64,000 nucleotides of DNA from an uncultured delta proteobacterium (GTDB lineage: Bacteria; Desulfobacterota; Desulfomonilia; Desulfomonilales; Desulfomonilaceae), in assembly GCA_963789265.1 (NCBI GenBank), contig CAWBKB010000007.1:416001-480000 (forward strand), read 5' to 3'. The notes below the pieces were generated by a model. The model worked only from the letters and a program-made list of their open reading frames with translations. It was not told the origin of the DNA and did no database searches. Of this stretch, positions 59,269 through 64,000 are shown one piece after another (positions within the stretch are counted from its first letter, which is position 1; every line of letters starts with the position of its first letter). The translations under genes and the position numbers were made by a program.

Positions 59269-59496
59269 TCACGTCGGCGTTCGCCCCTCCTCCCGCGGCG
59301 AACTGAGCACTTCCTGATACGAGAACTCCTGCAACTGCGCGTTAGAGCGCGCATGCTCGATCGTCATGCTGACCAGGTTGCCCTGCATATCGAGGTCCAC
59401 GTAAATGTTCTCGCTGATCTCTTTTGTCTCGGCAACTTTATTGTCCGCGAACTCCACCAGCGCGGTGTCAGTGTCTGAAAAATATTTAAGCCTCAT
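59269..59496 (-). CDS. DUF2283 family protein
   Basis: KYFSDTDTALVEF, ETKEISENIYVDLD..GNLVSMTIEHA. Confidence 0.85.
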   Translation of the reverse strand: MRLKYFSDTDTALVEFADNKVAETKEISENIYVDLDMQGNLVSMTIEHARSNAQLQEFSYQEVLSSPREEGRTPT

Positions 59497-59587
59497 GCGT
59501 CGTCTACTCGTTGAACTATTTCCAGGATTGAAGAGCGGCTTGAGCCTCGGCGGGCACGGCCCGCCCTACCAGGCTCAAACGCCTTTT

Positions 59588-59833
59588 TCACGCGACGGCG
59601 ATTTTCTTTTCATTTTGAACAATGATTCTGGGATCGCGGTTGACTGGCGGGACTGGAAGCCCACGCTCATCCAGGAGCTGAATATGCTCCTTCATGCCCC
59701 ATTTGGCCTTGCATATACAGTCCTCCACCGAATGGCCGATACCGGAGAAGCCTTCTAGTTCAGGAGAGTAGAACCCGAAGTAGTCCGGTTCATCAGTGGC
59801 TTCGATCACAAGGGAGTACGGCAAATCGATCAT
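59588..59833 (-). CDS. HicB-like antitoxin
   Basis: YSLVIE, FYSPELEGFSGIGHSVEDC, GLPVP. Confidence 0.8.
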   Translation of the reverse strand: MIDLPYSLVIEATDEPDYFGFYSPELEGFSGIGHSVEDCICKAKWGMKEHIQLLDERGLPVPPVNRDPRIIVQNEKKIAVA

Positions 59834-59844
59834 CGTGAATTCTC

Positions 59845-59972
59845 CTAAGGACGTTTAAGTCCCGCTGCCCTCAGTATGGCGTGACAAGTCCCGGAAGGAA
59901 CTTCCTTTGCACCATGATAGTCCACCCGAACCAATTTGTCCCATCCCGGCTTGCCATAATACCTTATTGAGA
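59845..59972 (-). pseudogene. 5'-truncated HicA-like toxin remnant
   Basis: SIRYYGKPGWDKLVRVDYHGAKEVPSGTCHAILRAAGL resembles a HicA C-terminal half; upstream in-frame sequence is not HicA-like and runs into a REP. Confidence 0.55.
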
Positions 59973-60056
59973 TCCTGATCGTATTGTAGAGCGATTCTGA
60001 AAGCAATCGCTGATGCCGCAAGAAGCCAGGCTGGAGGGAAATCAGCAGGCATAACA

Positions 60057-60144
60057 GTAGGGTGGGCATCTTGCCCGCCGACTGAACATTGGACGCGCCA
60101 TTTCGCCTGTGATCAAGAATCGACGGCCGAGACGCTCATCCTAC
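60057..60144. repeat. REP-like inverted pair
   Basis: GTAGGGTGGGCATCTTGCCCGCC ... GACGGCCGAGACGCTCATCCTAC. Confidence 0.65.
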
Positions 60145-60161
60145 TGGTCCCCAATTCCCTC

Positions 60162-60554
60162 TCACTTAAGCACCGCAATGACCTCAATCTCCACTCGTGC
60201 GCCCAGTGCAAGCCCGTTTGCACCTAACGCACTCCGGGCCGGGAAATGTTTGGGAAAATAGGTCGCATAAACCTCGTTCATCGCGGGCCATTCGCTTATG
60301 TCCGCCAGCATCGCCGTGACCTTCACGACATGGTCAAGCGAAGAGCCGTACCGCTCCAGTGTGGCCTTAATGTTCTCCATTGTTTGCCGAGTTTCCGCTG
60401 CAATTCCACCCGGGACCATCTTGCCGGATGCATCTCTCCCCAACTGCCCGGACAAGTACAGCATGTTTCCCACGCGTACCGCTTCGGAAAACGGAAATCC
60501 TTTCATGCTTTCGGAAGTCAGATATTCGACTTCCGATCTGCTTTCAGCGCTCAT
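60162..60554 (-). CDS. RidA/YjgF family protein
   Basis: PFSEAVRVGNMLYLSGQLG, VVKVT, MNEVY..FPARS, VEIE; start MSAES. Confidence 0.92.
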   Translation of the reverse strand: MSAESRSEVEYLTSESMKGFPFSEAVRVGNMLYLSGQLGRDASGKMVPGGIAAETRQTMENIKATLERYGSSLDHVVKVTAMLADISEWPAMNEVYATYFPKHFPARSALGANGLALGARVEIEVIAVLK

Positions 60555-60626
60555 GGCAACCCTCCATAAGAAATTTGATCCGAAGTATGGTTTCGATAAT
60601 CCTTCATCTGCGTTCGTCGGAAGATT

Positions 60627-60753
60627 GTCATTGCGAGCGGAGCGAAGCAATCTCCATTGGTGGAACAGGCTCCAGCCTGTCTATTAGAATGACCGGCAAG
60701 ATGCCGGTCCCACCGAAGATGAGATTGCTTCGGGCTAGGGCCCTCGCAATGAC
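60627..60753. repeat. Nested REP pairs
   Basis: Outer GTCATTGCGAG..AAGCAATCTC / GAGATTGCTTCG..CTCGCAATGAC encloses inner GGTGGAACAGGCTCCAGCCTGTC / GACCGGCAAGATGCCGGTCCCACC. Confidence 0.8.
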
Positions 60754-60857
60754 ATATTCGTAGCCCCCCGTCTCCTCAAACGGAGCTAAAGGCATGATCC
60801 TTTGAAGAAATACCAGTTCCGTCCCTCTTTTCTTTGCCCTGTTGGAGCTGCGCAAAT

Positions 60858-62576
60858 TCATTGCTGCTTCTTCCGCATGGGCCGGACAAGTGCCAGTGAT
60901 TCGTCGGACCACACAACCTCCGCGCGTGAGGACGATGCCAGTGCAGGCTTGACGGAAGAATCAAAGACCAGGTAGTCCGCGCCCAACTCCCGGGTCAGAA
61001 CTAGCAGCCTCGCGAGTCTGGTCTTTTTGTCTTTTATGGCGCAGGCACTATCCATCTCCTTTCGGACTTTTTCCCATTTCAGGAGCGCTTCAAGGTTTGT
61101 GTCCGCAAATATACCTCCATCCTTGTAAGCGTATACCAGCGGCCTTAACGCACAATACCTGATCTCCAAAGCCAGGACAGTGGAAAGGATCCTCGACCCC
61201 GGGGGCGTTAGGCGTCGCACCGCATTCAATGCCTCAATTCCGGATGTTTCAACTCGTGATATCGGAGGGGTCAAGGAGCCTTTTGACCAGGCCCTTGCCG
61301 CATCCAGGAACATCTTTGGAGGATGTCCCCAGGCCCAGCCCGTAACAAGCAGGGCACCTGCAAGCATTACCAGCGCTCGGCTGAGAGAGCAAGGCTGCAT
61401 CCTGCGAGAAATCTCAGCCAGAGGCCACAAGCACAATATCAAAATCAACGGTACTATGTATTTGATTCCCCTTATGGAATCCATCTGGATACGTTTGAGG
61501 TCATAGATCCTACAAATTGTCTGCTCAACAAATGTCAGCCCTACCGCAACAAACAATATTCCCACTGCCCAGATCGCGAGGAGCAATATATCTCTTCTTC
61601 TCTCGGGATAGATGCGAAGAACCGCTACCGAGGCGCAAACAGCCCATGAAACATAAAGCCATACCGGCCACGACGACAGTTCCGTCCCCCACATCCTCAG
61701 AGCCAGCCCGACGTCCAGGAGTTCCTCGCCGATGCGCTGCCCGATGATGCCGACAACTTCACGGTATTGAACCGCTTCGGACGCGGCTCGATCATGAACG
61801 AACAAAAAGTTGGATGCCCAGGGCAAGACCGCGGCAACAAAGATCAGGCCCAACATCAGCATATATGAGATTTTTCGGAACCAGCTCCACGTAGCCGGGA
61901 GGAAAGCCCAAATTCCCAACCAGATCGCAAAAGCCCAGTGAGGCGCACTTGGCGGATGCGTGTAAAACATGAGGCCCACGGCTACCATAAGCCAGGGCCA
62001 GATTCGTCTTTCGGTCTTCCTGTGAATTGCGGCCGCGAGCACGTACGGCAGGCACGCGTGAAAGAGAGATCGCGGCAACGGATCGTCATAGATTCCCCAA
62101 AACTCCCTTACAGGCAGGGCAATCGGGCATGCTGCCAGGACGCTCAGTAGAAACGCCCAATATCTATTACGGAAAAGCACCATCCCCAGCAGGTAAAACC
62201 CTGCACATTGGAGGAAGACGGTAAGAAGCAGCAAGGATATATATGATGTCCCGTAATCACTGAGTATTTTGTTCAACGCGTAAATCAATACGGGATGGAG
62301 CGCCAAGTAATATCTGAAATTAGTGAAGTCACCGAGAAGCGGGTCCAGTTTAAACAGGCCCGGATGCTGGTACGCAGCCACAAAGCTGGATACAATTCCC
62401 GCATCGCTTCCGAGATACACGAAAGGCTGCATACCCTTCCAGCGGCCAAGAAAAGTCCCCACGGCAAAGATTGCGAACGCAGCCAATACAATGCCATCTA
62501 CCCACGTGAACCGCACGGTCGGCGATGCACTATTGCCGGAGTCGCCTGTTGAGAAGCTTTCTGGGGGGGAAAACAT
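60858..62576 (-). CDS. Polytopic membrane protein, possibly GT-C-like
   Basis: About 12 hydrophobic segments plus a soluble C-terminal tail; next to a glycan-related gene; function is inference only. Confidence 0.7.
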   Translation of the reverse strand: MFSPPESFSTGDSGNSASPTVRFTWVDGIVLAAFAIFAVGTFLGRWKGMQPFVYLGSDAGIVSSFVAAYQHPGLFKLDPLLGDFTNFRYYLALHPVLIYALNKILSDYGTSYISLLLLTVFLQCAGFYLLGMVLFRNRYWAFLLSVLAACPIALPVREFWGIYDDPLPRSLFHACLPYVLAAAIHRKTERRIWPWLMVAVGLMFYTHPPSAPHWAFAIWLGIWAFLPATWSWFRKISYMLMLGLIFVAAVLPWASNFLFVHDRAASEAVQYREVVGIIGQRIGEELLDVGLALRMWGTELSSWPVWLYVSWAVCASVAVLRIYPERRRDILLLAIWAVGILFVAVGLTFVEQTICRIYDLKRIQMDSIRGIKYIVPLILILCLWPLAEISRRMQPCSLSRALVMLAGALLVTGWAWGHPPKMFLDAARAWSKGSLTPPISRVETSGIEALNAVRRLTPPGSRILSTVLALEIRYCALRPLVYAYKDGGIFADTNLEALLKWEKVRKEMDSACAIKDKKTRLARLLVLTRELGADYLVFDSSVKPALASSSRAEVVWSDESLALVRPMRKKQQ

Positions 62577-62585
62577 CTATATTGT

Positions 62586-64000
62586 CTATGAAAGGTGCTT
62601 AGGCACGTAAGTGAAACCGTCCAACACAGTCAACTTCCCTGCGGTATTGATCGTATGGGTGCCAAGTATCCCCTTTCTCCACGTCGGGTCAATTCGGGCC
62701 ACGCTTTCCTCTTTGAAATCTTCGGGCGTTAAGCGCATGATACGGTTCATTACTATTGCTCCGCCCATTCTGACCGAACAATCCTGTGACGGCCGGTAAA
62801 GATTGCCATCCCTGACGAACAGTCGGCCGGCAGGCCTGGCGCATCTGACGTCCGATTTCACAGGATTGAGCTTGTGTGGAGTCCACGGACCAAAAGGCGT
62901 CTTCGCGTAGAAGAGATGCAGTTCATCATTAGATGAAAAGTCTCGGCCTCCGATGTTGCAAAAGAGCCACCATATTCCGTCCACCTCGTGCAAAGTGGCA
63001 TCCACTGCCTGCACATCATCCATTATGACTCTGTCGAATTCCCACGTCAGAGGGAATTCCGTACAACGATAGAGTTCGATTGTCCCGTTGCGCTTGGTTT
63101 CCGGCATCATGTACAGTTGCCCATCCCAATGGAACAGAAAGGGATAGGAGAGATGGTAATCTCTCTCAAGCACTTTCACGGGATGCTTCCATCTTTCGTC
63201 AGCGTCCATTTCGATGACCGAAATATGCGCTTTCATGATGCTGTACAGGAATTCTTCGATAAAGATGTAGTACTTGCCTTCCAATTCCATAGGGAAGGGA
63301 TCAGCCCAAAATTTGCCCGCGAGCGGTTCCATGTAATTGAGATTTTCAACTATCGAGTCAGGGCCTCCCGCCTCTCCCAAATTGAAAGCCAAGAACCACC
63401 GTTCCAGGCGCCTGGAATCCAGCAGTCTCCTTTCCAGCCTCCTCTTGCCTATCTTGAAGAGGAAAGCCAGCATCTCCCTACTGGTAGGGTCTGAATGGCA
63501 AGGGCCGGCGGAGGTCAGGTCTCCGGGGATTGCACCCTCCCCGTCCAAAGACGACGCGCCCCACTCGAATAGATCGCGAAGTTGGCGTACTACCGCAACC
63601 GCAGATTTCCAATATAATTTGCTTCGGGTACCTTTTACTGAATACAGGTCCGTGGACGTGTACGACCTGTAGGGGACTCTTTCGGGGTTTCCGTCTCCGG
63701 TCGTAACACGCAATGTGAACTCGGCAGTCGTTTCTCCCCTCATGACTTCCCAGAATCCCGGTGGACCCCCCCGACTCGCACCGTTGAAAGTGATGCCCGG
63801 AAACCAGATACCGTATCTCGCCATTCCCGGCGGTGCCCCGCCAACCGGCCGTTTCCCAAGATCGAGAGCCACATCAATGTTATATGAAGATATTCTCGAG
63901 ATGTCCTCGTCAGCCAGATGTTCTTCTTGGCCGTCGCGGGATGGTCGGACTTCGAGAATAGGCCAACCATGGCCTGTAGGATCTATATTGACCTGTTCAA
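62586..64000 (-). CDS. Glycosyl hydrolase-like five-blade propeller protein (GINT1 N-terminal-like), 5' end beyond window
   Basis: FWADPF, IFIEE, YHLSYPFLF, MMPE, VDATL, PWTPH..NPV, ARPAG, RPSQDC, GTHTIN; frame stays open from 63872 to the window end. Confidence 0.8.
   Translation of the reverse strand, partial: EQVNIDPTGHGWPILEVRPSRDGQEEHLADEDISRISSYNIDVALDLGKRPVGGAPPGMARYGIWFPGITFNGASRGGPPGFWEVMRGETTAEFTLRVTTGDGNPERVPYRSYTSTDLYSVKGTRSKLYWKSAVAVVRQLRDLFEWGASSLDGEGAIPGDLTSAGPCHSDPTSREMLAFLFKIGKRRLERRLLDSRRLERWFLAFNLGEAGGPDSIVENLNYMEPLAGKFWADPFPMELEGKYYIFIEEFLYSIMKAHISVIEMDADERWKHPVKVLERDYHLSYPFLFHWDGQLYMMPETKRNGTIELYRCTEFPLTWEFDRVIMDDVQAVDATLHEVDGIWWLFCNIGGRDFSSNDELHLFYAKTPFGPWTPHKLNPVKSDVRCARPAGRLFVRDGNLYRPSQDCSVRMGGAIVMNRIMRLTPEDFKEESVARIDPTWRKGILGTHTINTAGKLTVLDGFTYVPKHLS

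Overview
A 64 kb chromosomal segment (about 55% GC, judged by eye) of a sulfate-reducing deltaproteobacterium, most like Desulfomonile/Desulfomonilia (inferred from gene content and AprA type, not from a search). Core content: aprBA-qmoABC, panCD with a pan-RNA-like attenuator, purB, ispD, a polyprenyl synthase, bamD, rqc2, dcd, a topoisomerase IV-like pair in A-then-B order, the F0 ATP synthase genes, rpsF-rpsR-rplI-dnaB, ferritins and an RND permease. There are also three small toxin-antitoxin patches. Main observations: (1) A secreted HEAT-repeat gene (37131-38558) is interrupted by an in-frame TGA in a Cys-Gly-TGA context, with a SECIS-like hairpin starting 11 nt after the TGA. It is a candidate selenoprotein and the last gene of a SEC-C/TPR + YkgJ operon divergent from aprBA. 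(2) The intergenic DNA holds nested non-autonomous elements: MITEs with TIRs and TSDs carry REP-like hairpins, and those in turn carry a ~18-21 nt CCCGCG-loop-CGCGGG mini-hairpin that replaces 5-7 nt of several unrelated REP families. (3) Two adjacent genes share an uncharacterised N-terminal helical + zinc-ribbon module fused to different C-termini. Six or seven single-base indels split otherwise intact genes and are probably sequencing errors. No rRNA, tRNA, CRISPR array or autonomous transposase was seen.
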